Part shown: positions 1-12,106 of the stretch, one piece after another
Numbering within the stretch: the first letter of the stretch is position 1
How the letters are laid out: each line of letters begins with the position of its first letter
Assembly: GCA_046563655.1 (NCBI GenBank)
Contig: CM102285.1
Span: 13,578,001-13,642,000 of the forward strand
Reading direction: 5' to 3'
Length of the DNA: 64,000 nt
Source: Yuukianura sp. NJ FZ-2021
Taxonomy: Eukaryota
Translations under genes and position numbers: made by a program
Notes under the pieces: model-generated
The model's input: only the letters and a program-made list of their open reading frames with translations
Database searches by the model: none
What the model was told of the DNA's origin: nothing

Positions 1-1666
1 TTTAAGAAACTTTGAAGTTGAAGTTGATGATGAAGGTGAAGCACAAGTACTGGCCAGAATTACTCCAGCGCAACCTTCTTAAATAGATTCCGTATTTCGG
101 AATTTGAAGATGGAACAGATAATCGCAGATTTCCTTTTCGGGAAGTGGCTACTCCACCTCATCTCCATTTTTAATTACGCAACAACCACCTCCTTCTTCT
201 TCGCATTTCAAATTTGCTACCTAAATCTCCAAATCTAGAAAAGAGCAAATCAAAAAATCAATTTCAATCATCAAATTACGAATTGTTTCCTCCCATTTTA
301 TATTTTAGTGGTCCAAATGGGCAAAAAATGGAACCACTTTAAATATATCATTCTAAAAGTGAACAGGGCAGGAATATAAAACGTGTGAATTAGTTTTTGT
401 ACGCAATGTTCAATGTCAAGGTTAGTGGCGGAGATGATTATATTAGGAAATGAAGCCAAGAAGGCGGCCACTACTAGACGACTTACAGAACCAGAAAAAT
501 CAAAAAAACGACAACAATTACTATTCCAAAGCATCCCACGCATCAATAATCTCAACAAACCACAAAACAAACCTATTTCTCCTTACAAACACAACTTTCA
601 CACGCGATTTATGAATTGGACAACATTACTGAGATTAGGAATGGCCCAGAAATCAGGACAGACCGACAGAGTCCACTGAATTTCATTACTTGGCTCTCAC
701 CTGAAGTAAATTTTAACCAGCGTTGCTGAATATCTACGGTACTGACGCTTCGTCCAGTAGATATCCAGTGGATAATATTTCATCCGGTTTTATATGAAAA
801 AAATTGATGGATAAAATGGATACTTCCGCCTGATTTGATATTGGTGGAAGAAATATTTTGTCCATTAGAGTTGTTACGTAATGTTCAGAGTCCATAGTTT
901 CTAAATGTAATTGTTCCTGGAAGTGGATTTGGCAATGGAAAGTTCCACCCGACATTCATTTGTCCAGGTTGTCCTTTAGTAATCCAGGACATGGCTTTTG
1001 TGCACAATGACCTTGAAACAGAAGCGAGCAAAAAATCAACATAAACAACTTCGTTTATGTTTAATTATTGTTGCTGATTGCAAAACAATAGATAAATGAT
1101 GACCTCAAGATAATAATAACCTACAAAAAACGAAGTAGAATTTCGGACATGTACTTCCATGTGTAAACAGAAACAAGGATGTAAAATTCATGAATTGAAT
1201 AATCCAAGAATTTGATAACAAATCAGAACAAGAACGGATGTTCAAATGAACAGACAAATAGTTTAATTGATTCACTCTTGTCTATTTTTAAGAATATTCT
1301 AAAGGATAAGAGACCGTGGGCTGAGAACAAAAAAATCACAAAGCAACGGGTCCTATAACCTACGGGAGCACAAAAGTCTATGTACATTTTAAAATTCTAA
1401 AAAGAGACTCCCTTCAAATGAGTCCTAAAACTTGATCAATTAACACTAACAAAATCTAATTTCTAGGAATACAGGAGAGTGATAATCATATGTAGTAGTA
1501 GTCGTAGACTTAAGAATCAGTTCTTTGAGATCAAATGACAGAGTCATCACTGGACTTCTTCTGTACACTCCTCCGATTGTTCTTTGGATTCCTGTGTCCA
1601 GGTCTTTGGAAAAACAGTTTTTGCAAAAACTGGAGACTTGATTGGTTGTTTTCTTCTGCTGATTGG

Positions 1667-4600
1667 TTAGACCTGGATAGTAGGAGAGTGTGTATGTTTG
1701 GTTGAGAGATTGAGAGGTGACTCGTAATCTGGAAACAAAAACACCAAATAATGTTATTCACATTGCACTTAACTCATGACGCACCGTCATTTTGGAGTTT
1801 GAGTAAACAAATATTGTTTTGAAAGTGATCAACAATTACCTGGACTTTGTTCCGCCATGATGAGGGAGTGAATGTAGTCGCTCGTTTCACAATTGGCTGG
1901 CTTTTCGTTGAGTCTCAAAGCTAGCGTTGAATGTGGCGAGAAGACTGTTGTGGGGATGGTGTGAGTCAGCGTGGTTGGATGTGACTGGGCTGGAGGTGGG
2001 GGCGGTGGTCTTGTTAGGGCTGATGCCAACTGTGGGTACAGCATGGCGGGTGGCGGTGTTTGTGTTGGTGGAGGAGGACTTTGACGCCTGGAACAAACAA
2101 CAGACAAGTAAATATCACGTCTTTGTTCAAAATAGGAGTGCATTTATTATTCAAAATTTTGAAATTCGAGTTTTGTACCTGAATTTTTTGTGATTGACTC
2201 TCGAAAACTCGCAGACAAAGTTGTTGTCAACGATTGGAGGAGCTTGAAGGGCTCGTTTGAGAACTGGCATTTCTTCCGATAGACTTCCAAAATCTTCAGA
2301 ACGTGCCGGAGAGGAGCAGTTGCCAGACTCGATTCCTGCAATTCAAAATTTTTCATTTTAGAAAACTTGAAAAATTTTCATAATCACCGAATTTCTTCAA
2401 ACTTTTCTTTTAATTCTAAAATTCACCTGAGTCTGCGCTGGGGCTTGGGAATGATTTGTATGGTGAGAACTCTGCCGAATTTGGTGACTCTTGGAACGAT
2501 TCCTCCATTTTGAATGCTAAGAGCTTCTCTGAGTGCAAAGTATTGAGAGTTCGAAGGTCAGGAATTTTTCGTTCCAGTTCCATTCCAAGGGCGGGTGGAA
2601 GGAGAGCTCCTAGTGCTTGGCGGAAGCTCATTGAGAGTCGCTGGATTAATTCAACATTACGTAATCCCGGTCTAAAAATAACCAAAACAAAAAATCGTTA
2701 AATCCTTCCGTCATTCAATACAAATTAATTGCTCAAAATCAAATCGTTTAAGCTCAAAATAGAACTTAAATAGCTCATAAAACTTTGAAATTCACCTGTC
2801 TGCCGCCATGATGACCACTGCACAGAAAATTCCCACGACTTCATCTGACAGGCCCAACTCATTGAATCCCTCAGCAAACTTAAACATTGAGTCGAGCAGA
2901 AAGCGCGTATTTTGACCCTGAGCACTCTGGCGTTCCAGAAGGAGACCATTAATTGACAGCATCGCATTGTTTCGAAACATTGACGCCAGGCGGACCAGAA
3001 GAACTTCAAAAACTCCCGCTTTGAGTAGCGTCACTTGATCATCTTGTGACAAAAGAGTAAACCCTGGAAGTCGTTTGGCAAATTCCACCACTCCACGAAT
3101 CGCTGGAGAGAATCTAGCGGAGAAATCTGTCATTGGAGTTGATTGTGGGTTGAGAGGGCATGCCTAAAACACAGAAAATCCCCATGATTAGTTCTCACAG
3201 TAAGATCCAGAATCATCCAATTCAAGTTCAAGTTTAAAATGAGCAAAAAGCATAGCATAAGTTAAGTTTAGGCGAGTCAGGTGATGAGTCAGGGGGCAGG
3301 AGATGAATAATTCGGCGGAGAAGAGAGAAATTTCCAGGAAGATTTTTGTTTTGTTCAAAAGACCTTGGAAAAGCGACGGACTCTGCGCACTGCTGCTCTT
3401 GCTGAGTTCATTTCCCAAGAATTCTGTTTACTTCCCCCTTCTGCGTCTCTTTTTTTTCCAACCTTACGGTATTATTACTCAGGGGAGAAATGAGAGAAGC
3501 GAATGAGTGAGGAGCGCGTGGGTGCAGAGGTCATTTGGATGTCACGGTGACCTTTCCAGTATATTTTAAAGGGAGTCACCCCCTTCCGGACACTTTTTAA
3601 GCTCAAACTTCCTAATTCCTATTGTTGTAGTGTATTGTTGTCTATGCTCTTTACTTGTTTGGGGTTAGGAACGTTTAAGATTGACAAGGAAGTGCATTTG
3701 AGGCAGTCATGGAGGTCAAATATTGTACTACTGCTCTGCCTGACCAGGAAAGATAAAAGCCAAGGTCCCACCCAAGGACTCCCACCCAACAAACCACGAA
3801 GGCTCAGCATCACTGCCTAATCTTCCCATCTCCAAAAACCATGAAGCAATTGCCACACAATGTTAATGGCGGAAGCGGCCCACGTGGTTGGTCAAACCCA
3901 GAAATTGCGAATTTCAGCAAAAAATCGGAAGCGATTTTCAGAAAATCGCGATTTTTGTATATGCTAAAAGCAGAAATGGCCAATTTGAGGTCAAGGACTC
4001 ACCATTTTCCCTCCGGTATCCCTTCGTGCCGATTCAAACATTCTCTCGACCTTCTCGCGCGTAAATTCGCAAGTATCAAGGTGGGCCTCGATGATTGTCC
4101 CACTCAATTTTTCCAAATCTTCAAGATCCCGGGCAAGAGCATGTTCCGCCGATTTGGCAATATTTGACTGTTGCATTGCTGCTAGAATCTTGGCCTTCTC
4201 TCGTTTTGGAACTCGACCGAAACGTACAGCTGAAAAAACCGAAAAAACGAAATTAAAAACTGACCTTTGAATTTGAAAATTGCAATTTCATGAGCCCTTC
4301 AAAATTTAGTTGGATGAGATGGACAACGACCCGGTAACTAATTTCACTAAACTTATTTTTTTGCGTCGTTAACTTACTGTCTCCCGTATTTTTGCTTAGT
4401 AAAACTTTCCTAAGAATCGAACCACTTCCAAAGGACTCCATGTCCATATTTTATATTTTCTGTAGCACAAAATTGCGAAATTTTTCGCAATTTGCAAAAG
4501 TTAAGTGACTACTGGCTTTTTTGCGTTAAGCTGACCGAGGAGTGACTGGTTGATGAGTGGCTCTTCCTCTTCTACGCCTCGCAACTAAAACTCCAACAGG

Positions 4601-6477
4601 AGCAAATCCTTGACCGAGACAAAGTTTAGCCTTGAATGAGGAAAAAATTCGCACACGACGAGAGTGACTCTGATCAAGTGACGTAGAAGTCTCAAGGACA
4701 CTTCCTACTCAACTTTTTGGCATGACGCTACTAGGTGCATGCTGAATGCTTGCCACTATGCCCTCCTATGTCCTTAGAACCCACACAAAAACGCCAAACT
4801 CTTGGTGGTGGTGTGCTTTTGGTTGCTCCGTTTTGCGGCGAATCGCAAAATATCCTACCCCCTACCCTACCTCACACCACTCTCTCATTGCAATTTTTTT
4901 GCAATAAGTTTTTTGCACAAATATACCTCCCCTCCACTCTATTAGCACAAGAGTACAGTTAATCCATTGGAAAGTTAGAAAGCGACTCTCTCTAGTCCAA
5001 AAGTTAATAGCTGAAGGTTAAGTTGTAGGTTAGACTACGCCATTCAATTCAAACACAAAGTCCGAAATTAGACGTTCTTGTGCCCTCTATTAAATTTTGA
5101 CGAAGGACACCTAGCGGGTGACGATGAGAAATTAATTAATGACTTTCAGACTGACCTCTGAGATATGCTGGGTCATGGTCTTGCTGACCTTTGGAAAACG
5201 GAGACTGACGGAAAGTTGCCACCATATTGTCACACTGATGCAGTATCAAATCAACACACTTCTGTTGCACGGGAACTTAACACTTTTGAACCTAGGAGTT
5301 ACTGAAATTTGAAGCGTAGGTGATGGATAGCCCTTAAATGTTAGCTTGAATCGTAGGAGAGCCCTTAAATGTTAGGTTGAATCGTAGGAGAGCCCTTAAA
5401 CGTTATGATTAATCGTAGATTAATTGTAAGAGTTCAGACTGTAAACTGTTTGGGAATCAAATGCGAACTGAGATGTAAAGATCACAAGACAAAGGGTATC
5501 TAAAAAACTCTCAAATGAAAGTTTCTATTGTTGGCAATTAGGAGTAGAACGCTTTCTGCCTTCTGCCTGTTGCTGGTTCGAATCTCACGGAGTGAATGAA
5601 CTCTACTTTTTCCCAATTCTTGCTTTTAGTGTTAGAGAGAGAGATGATAAGGAGGTGGATGGATGTTGGATACCGTTTTCACTTGACAACAACAATGGGG
5701 CTCTTAATGATGAGAAACGCTAAGGTGTGAACGACCGAGAAGTGGGCCGGTGGTTGTCCTAAACTAGAAACGCGATCATGTCAACCAACTTACACTCACT
5801 GTACTGCCATCATAAGCCAAAATGCATTCTTAACACTATAACCTCACGTAGTACTTTCAACCACCTCACGACATTACATCTCAACCAAGAGCAAAGGAAT
5901 CTGCAGAGGTCGTCAACCTCAAGTCCTGGGAACCTCATCCATCTCATCCGTATAACTTATAGCATAGCCTATTGCGTAATGCTGTCCCACATGAAGTACG
6001 ACAAAAAGGAAACTTACCGTCTCTTGACATGCCCACGGCAATGCACTTCTTGAGTCGACAGTACTGACAACGGTTCCGGTTGACACGCAGGATGCTGCAT
6101 TGCTGGTTCTTGGTACAAGGGCGGTATTGAATTTTTTGTTGAATTGAACGGCGGAAGAACCCCTGCAACAATCAACGTACAAAACATGTAAACAAATTAG
6201 TCATAAATAATAATTGCACCGTGAACAGTTAGCGGAGTTACATAAGGAACAAAACGGAAGAAGAGACAGTTAAGATGTTGTTTGGTCTGAATGACTAATG
6301 AACAGTGTTGACTTAGGTTACAAATGTCTTACGTTAACTTAAATGTTAAAAGTCACACACACTAAGTTGAGTAATGGGTAGTAATTACCTTGCAACCCTC
6401 ACAAGAGTGTACGCCATAGTGGAAACCGCTTGCCTTGTCTCCGCAGACACGACAAAGAACCGTTGTCCCATCAAATT
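1667..6477 (-). CDS. Eip75B: Ecdysone-induced nuclear receptor E75 (NR1D3, REV-ERB orthologue), shared coding exons
   Basis: GT-AG exons 6389-6477, 6018-6162, 4003-4229, 2796-3163, 2427-2671, 2179-2335, 1840-2087 and 1667-1728 splice in frame (~513 aa). [33 protein letters not shown] / [40 protein letters not shown]. Hinge [15 protein letters not shown] with ACPLNP and [13 protein letters not shown] (heme-ligand Cys and His motifs). C-terminal [17 protein letters not shown] and PLNLS. Confidence 0.97.
4378..4447 (-). CDS. Eip75B: E75 alternative first coding exon, DBD-less (E75D-like) isoform
   Basis: ATG at 4447 encodes [23 protein letters not shown] plus 1 nt before a GTAAGT donor. Phase 1 matches the hinge exon acceptor at 4229, giving [12 protein letters not shown]. 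Confidence 0.7.
5329..5418. repeat. 31-bp tandem minisatellite, ~3 copies
   Basis: AGCCCTTAAATGTTAG(C/G)TTGAATCGTAGGAG at 5329 and 5360, with a degenerate third copy at 5391. Confidence 0.85.
5532..5594 (+). mobile_element. Possible degenerate tRNA-derived SINE head
   Basis: B-box-like GGTTCGAATC at 5575-5584 preceded by a loose A-box-like TGGC...GTAG. No complete cloverleaf. Confidence 0.25.
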
Positions 6478-6798
6478 CTGGAAATTAAAACAAAAATACC
6501 GTAAAGTACCTTGGGTCAATTAACAATAATGTTCTTTAATCAAAATACAAAACGTTACTTTAATTGATCCCAACTTCTTTTCAATTGACAAGTTTCCAAT
6601 TTCAAGTCACAAACAAATTTGCAATTTCAATCCGAATTTTTCAATCTTTTCCTCAAATAACATTCCATGCCCCACCAATTAGTATTGAATTTTTCCCAAA
6701 CAAAATGAAATTTTCCTTATTATTTGAAAAACGTAAACAAAAATATTTCCCGCTCCAAATAATTCTAAATACTAAAAATTTGCAAATATTAAAAATAC

Positions 6799-6847
6799 CA
6801 ATATCCGGTGAGGATGAGCTATCCGCAAAATACGCCGAACTTGACAT
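6799..6847 (-). CDS. Eip75B: E75 alternative first coding exon (proximal, E75A-like)
   Basis: ATG at 6847 encodes MSSSAYFADSSSSPDI plus G before a GTATTT donor. Phase 1 joins exon 6477 to give ...[12 protein letters not shown], resembling the IEFDG junction of E75A. Confidence 0.65.
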
Positions 6848-7280
6848 TTTCACTTTAATTTTAACTTTAACTTCAATTAACTTGACTAATTAAAATCAAA
6901 CTTGTTCAACACTATGATTCCTTAAAAATCGTTCAAAGTTTTTTCCTTCCGGTGAATTTTTCACACATCCGGACACTTTTTTCCACAAATGCGTTTTAGT
7001 TCCTATGTTGTGCAAATCCCATGCAACAATGCAGGTCCAATAAAAGTTATGTAAACACCTTTCTCCCCCGGTAACCAAACTTGTGCTTAAGTTGTGCCTT
7101 GCTGGAGTGCTGACTACTGATTGATCCGTACCTGCCTGGGTAATTGTTGTTTTAAAAACTGAAAGTGGGTAAGAGAGCCCGACTTGTTAGTATGGAAGTT
7201 GTTTTGTAAGTGAAAGTGAAGGAGGAGAGGCTGGACCCCAAACCTCTCTACATTTATTTTGGACTCGAAAAACCTTCGAA

Positions 7281-7293
7281 GGTTCATTGAACG
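7281..7293. promoter_or_regulatory. Candidate ecdysone response element (IR1)
   Basis: GGTTCA-T-TGAACG, ~430 bp upstream of the proximal E75 ATG. Confidence 0.5.
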
Positions 7294-7943
7294 CAAGGCG
7301 GCTCTTGACCTTCAAAACTCCTCCATCCATCCTGCCGCCTGCTTCCTATACGGCTAAACTCATAGCTGAGAGCACTCTCAGTTCGACTCAACTCATCGCA
7401 AGCTCCATAAACTCATCGCAGCTTTCGTTCAACTTTTCAACCTAACCTTCTAACACGTACTATATCCCCATGGCCAAACAACACACAAAAGTAAGAGACG
7501 TGCCAGCCATGGCAGTGGAACATGAGGAAAATAGCACAGCAGACCAACCTATATGATGAAAGGGAAAAAAGTTGGAGGTTTAGCTGAAGCTAGGTCCAGG
7601 GAGGAGATGAGGGCAGCTCGAACGAAAGCATGAGGCGGAGAACCGCGTCCGTTCAACTCCCGCTTCAGCGGATAACCTCCAAATCCATTTTTTTCCTTGA
7701 CTGAAGGTTAATGTGCCTTCCCTCCTTTGTTCCTTGGGCAGAAGGTCCTTTGCCCTTGGAACTTGTACTTATTTTTAACCCTTTCCTTAGTCAAGGACCC
7801 CATTTCAAAGGGTCCACATTCTCAAGGGCCCCTTCGAAACCTTGAAATAGAACATCCGTCGTCCCTTAATTCAAGGGCCTTAAAGTGTCTCAACAACCCT
7901 TCGAAATGCCTCGTGACCTCGACGGAAACTCGAAGCCAAGACA

Positions 7944-8047
7944 CAACATCCGATCTGATCGTAACTTACGATCAGATCGGATGTTGCGCCTTCTGATCAG
8001 ATCGTGACCCTTACGAATTGTAAGGGTCCGATCTGATCAGAAGGCGC
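7944..8047. repeat. Two abutting near-perfect palindromes (hairpins)
   Basis: 7944-7986 has perfect 21-bp arms around a 1-nt centre. 7986-8047 has a 28-bp stem with one bulged T and a 5-nt loop. Confidence 0.9.
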
Positions 8048-8633
8048 GAGACCTGATCAGAAGGTACAAGGACATTAAGGACATAAACAAGAACCGGAGA
8101 GTTATGATGGTTATGGCGCGTTGTTGTTTTCAAAATTGGCGGACATTCAACCCCATTCTGGACAAAAAAAATAGACGCTCACTGCTGACTTGCTGAACGG
8201 GTTAGCCAAACTCTTTTTTCTGGCTAAAAAGACCCCAGTTAGCACTTCAGTATCAGTAACATGTAATGATTTTGTTTGTGCAGAGTTCATCTACCTGTTC
8301 CTTGCTGTTCATGTGAGTCAGCACCAACAAAACAAGCGTTTTTCACCCTCTGCATACTTCGGAATGCCTTAAGCCTTTAAGTGGGCCTCTTACCTCATCC
8401 CCTTTGTTTACACTCGAAGCCTGAATCCATTGTCTCCCTAGCTGATCTCGTGTTCTGCCACTCTGCTATTGAGTCCAAGGCAGCAAAACACTGCTGTCAC
8501 CACCACTACACCACCAGCCCAGAAGGGGAGAGTGACGTCAGACTGGGTCATTGCACGACACGACGTGAGGTGAAGAAACTCAGACAGCGGGAAAAAATGA
8601 GGACGGTTCTTCCTTGAGTAGGGAATTGGATTG

Positions 8634-8646
8634 GGGTCAATGTACT
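8634..8646. promoter_or_regulatory. Candidate ecdysone response element (IR1, hsp27-like)
   Basis: GGGTCA-A-TGTACT in an E75 intron. Confidence 0.5.
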
Positions 8647-8754
8647 CCATAGGGTTACGCCAATTTCTTTTGTCAATGTGCATGTGCAAGTGCTCCAAAA
8701 AAAAAACGTTTTTTAAAACTTGCTAAGTACTACCAAGTTTTAAAAACCGTTTTT

Positions 8755-8926
8755 TGGACCAATTTGTTTTTTTTTAAACACAAATTAATAGTTTGACTAT
8801 AAAAAATATACCAACAAAAATCAAATCATTTTGATTTTCGATGTAAACAGTTTTAGGTATATATTTTTTTGTTTTATGTAAACTATTAATTTGTGTTAAA
8901 AACAAAACAAATTCTTAAATGGTCCA
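8755..8926. repeat. AT-rich fold-back (MITE-like) element
   Basis: Perfect 18-bp inverted repeat AACACAAATTAATAGTTT (8777-8794) / AAACTATTAATTTGTGTT (8880-8897), with imperfect extension out to TGGACC / GGTCCA. Confidence 0.55.
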
Positions 8927-10407
8927 TCGGAGCTACGTGACCGTGTTGTTAGGGTTAACTATTTTTGACTTTTTCTCTGCACTCATTTTTCTTTGTCAAA
9001 TAACGGGTTGATGGGTACCCTTTTCTGGAAATTTCTGTTCTGGGTTAACGGTACCTTTTCCCTTGACAAAGGAATTTCCTCCTTTCTTCCTTGTTAATCT
9101 GGAGTGAGTAGTTTAGGGCAACATAATGAGGGTTTGAGGTGAGTTTTGAAAGGGAGTTCCTCCCGGGGTCGTTGCCCTTCTCCCCCCCCCCTGTGGTTCC
9201 TGTAGGGGGGGGGGGTAAAATTGAGGGGAATCTGATTAAGTGGCCCATTTAGGCTAGGTGGTAGTGGATGTGTAAACGTACGTTCACCCGGTCATTGCCA
9301 TGTCCCACTTTCCCTCCCCACCGCCGCCCCACCTTTTGGAGCCACGCAACGCGAAACACAAGCATTCTACTCCCAAAGTCAATTTCTAACTCTCCTGATA
9401 CACTCCACTTCCCCTACGGTGTCACTGAACTCTCACTTTATCCTCCCCACCAACCACCCAGTAGCTGTGAATGACCCATTTCACAATAACAAAAAACCCT
9501 TCAACTTCAAACCGTTTCCCTCCAAAAATCAATCCTACCATGTTAAGGGAACGGGGATTCGAGGAAACTGACGTGAGTTGAGACACGTCATAGTGAGGAA
9601 CCGTTAAAAATGGGGCTCAAGTGTCAAATCAGGAGTAAAACCAAAACAAGTCCCCAGCAAAACAATTTTTCTAGGAAATGGAACACTTTTTTTTGTGTCA
9701 ATATTTAAAAATTATATGTTAACAAAACATAATTATGTTTATATTAAAATTATAGGTTACCCCATTTTGTTCAAAAATAAAAAAATATGAGGTCGATGTT
9801 TGGCAATTTTTCTCCCCTCATTATATTTAAAAATTTCCCAATTTCTTTCTACTTGCCATCGTTTTTGTTAACTTAATTTTTTTCCCCTTAAATTTGGACT
9901 TTAGAAATTTAAAAGCAACATTTTTAACTTGATCCTTTCAATCTAAATTTTAACTTGGTACTTCGAGTTTTTGGTTTTTTGAGACTAATTTTAAGGAAAA
10001 GTGTAAAAAATGACACCGAAGAAAGCTACTTTTTTCAAATTATTGCGGCCTATTTTTACCATGATCTTGATTATCATTTCCAAAAAACATAAAATTTTGC
10101 GGTAGCCTAAAATTTTTGAAAGTTAAAATTCTCTACACACGAGTGGTCACGCACACACGCATGCACTGATCTTGTTTATAGTCCAACTCTTATCATCACT
10201 GTTAAACAGTTTGGAAACTATTGTGTCTGTTTCACTTCTGCTGTTTACAGTTGTTTATCCTACCATTTTAGTATGTACTGTCTATGGGAAATGCTTACAA
10301 GAAAACAAATGGGAGATATTGACTTTTAGTCTTACGCAACCAACTATAACACTTTAGGTGAAGAGTCAAAAGTGGCAAGGCAGTCAGGATTGCTCAGAGT
10401 TCATCTG

Positions 10408-11518
10408 AGGACGATGACCCAGTTTTCTCCTTTATCCGCCCTCCGCATTCATTGATTCATCCACCACCGACTGACCTACTTTCAGGACATTCACCCCACG
10501 CACACATTCCAGGGAAAACCTCCATGCCCACTTACCCCACTTTACTTTTAAACACTATCGTCACCCTACACCACGAGGCACAAGAAAAAAAAACTATAAC
10601 TGGAGCGGGCGTTGAACCCACACCTCATTCTCTCAAGCCCCACTCTTACACCTTTCCCCCAAAAAATTCACACGAGTTAGTCACATCTCCTTTCTCCTCA
10701 GAAATCACACGCCTTTAATCATCATCATGTTATTAGCGCAGGAAATTCAAATTATTCATAACGGGTCACCTTACATTCGTTTTAGATTTTTTTAAAAACA
10801 AGAATGCTGCCACATGCTGGACTGGGCCTGCGCCGAGTTAATTTTTTTCTGATCATATGATTAATCTGATAATTTTTTTTCTGATCAAGGAAGCAAAAAC
10901 TATTTTTTCTGAGACTTCTCAGCCTTACTAGCGCAATGAAAGTGTTTTTTGGGTTTTGGAGGCGCTCAGATTGAGGTGACCTAGTTCGAGGGCATCGACC
11001 TGAGGACGATCTCCAGAGTGAGAGAAGGCATAAGAAAGAGAAAGAAGGAGGCTAAAAAGTGGCTATGCTTGTGCTTATGGGGCTACAGATTTGGGGTATG
11101 GTGTGCCTCCTTAAGTTGCATAAGGAGCCTCCCATGCCACTTCTGTGGCTTAGGACCAAGTAGTGAGAGTGACTGACCCACTTCCCGGACATTCACCCCA
11201 GACACGTTCACTCACATCTCAAACTCCAACTTCTATGCTAACTGAAAGTATTATCCAGACCAAGGACTTCCAGCTAAGTCCTAATGACACGAAAAATTGA
11301 GATCATCAAGAGATGACAAACCTAATTGGATTTAGATTATCAAATTTTGTTACTCCAGAGATTCCGAGCCAGAAATCTTCCAGAAAATCTTGTCTTTAAA
11401 GCATGATCATAAGAAAATGGAAATTTTGTATTGTTGAACTTTAAATGTACTACAGAAAGTATATGGTGACCTAGATTACGTAAGTGAGAGTGTTGACCCA
11501 GTTCCCGGACGATGAACC
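10408..11518. promoter_or_regulatory. Cluster of composite RORE/RevRE plus IR1 EcRE elements in an E75 intron
   Basis: Four copies of TGACCY-ASTT-NN-IR1 at 10472, 10977, 11174 and 11494. Also an overlapped IR1/RORE at 10408-10424 and a RORE plus TTACGTAA at 11467-11483. Confidence 0.65.
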
Positions 11519-11961
11519 CCACAACCCACTCATGCTCTCATGCAGTTGTACACAAAACATAACCCAGTACACACAAATGTTTGCAAATGCTGTTACTTCA
11601 ACAATGAAATTGCCCAAATAACAACTTAGCCCCAATAAGGGTCACACTTTTACACACAATTTGACACAGTGACACAAAATAAGTACTCTGCCCAGGAATT
11701 TTTTCCAGTGAATTCGCCCATTGTTGTGTACTTTATTGGTCATTGTTCTAATTTCCTTGTGTCTAATTTAAAACTACTTTTAAAACCAACATTCCAGCGT
11801 ACTTAAAATTTTGAAAATCGTCCTTCCTCCAAGGCTCCTCGAAAAATTATGACCCTAATAACGCTAAAAATCTCCTAAATAAGAATGACATTCTGACCTA
11901 ACTCAAAAAATCGTCAAAAATCGTGACCTAGCATGACGAAAAGCAAAAAATCGACTCTTAC

Positions 11962-12106
11962 CGGAATTCGGATTTTCTTCAGAATCAACGATAGACGAAT
12001 TATCGACATTGTCCATATCCGACTCAATGTCGCCTTCTGACCCAGTATCACTGGTCGCTTCTCCCTCTCTTCTGCAAATCGGTTCAACGCGACTCGTCAG
12101 CGTCAT
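11962..12106 (-). CDS. Eip75B: E75 alternative first coding exon
   Basis: ATG at 12106 encodes 48 aa (MTLTSRVEPICRREGEATSDTGSEGDIESD...NPNS) plus G before a GTAAG donor. Phase 1 is compatible with DBD exon 1. Confidence 0.6.

Noticed and set aside
734..991. Short minus-strand ORFs downstream of the E75 stop (73 aa and ~35 aa)
   Set aside because: No recognisable domain and no consistent exon chain. They may be 3' UTR or part of a neighbouring gene that I cannot resolve.
8392..8698. Possible additional E75 first exon with a GTAAG donor near 8392
   Set aside because: The nearest Kozak-like ATG hits a TGA before the donor and the other ATG gives phase 2, so at most a non-coding exon.
9182..9215. 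C10...G11 homopolymer stem
   Set aside because: Low complexity, with no other supporting feature.
10601..10625. tRNA T-arm-like sequence on the minus strand (GTGGGTTCAACGCCCGC)
   Set aside because: No D arm, anticodon arm or acceptor stem, so not a tRNA gene.
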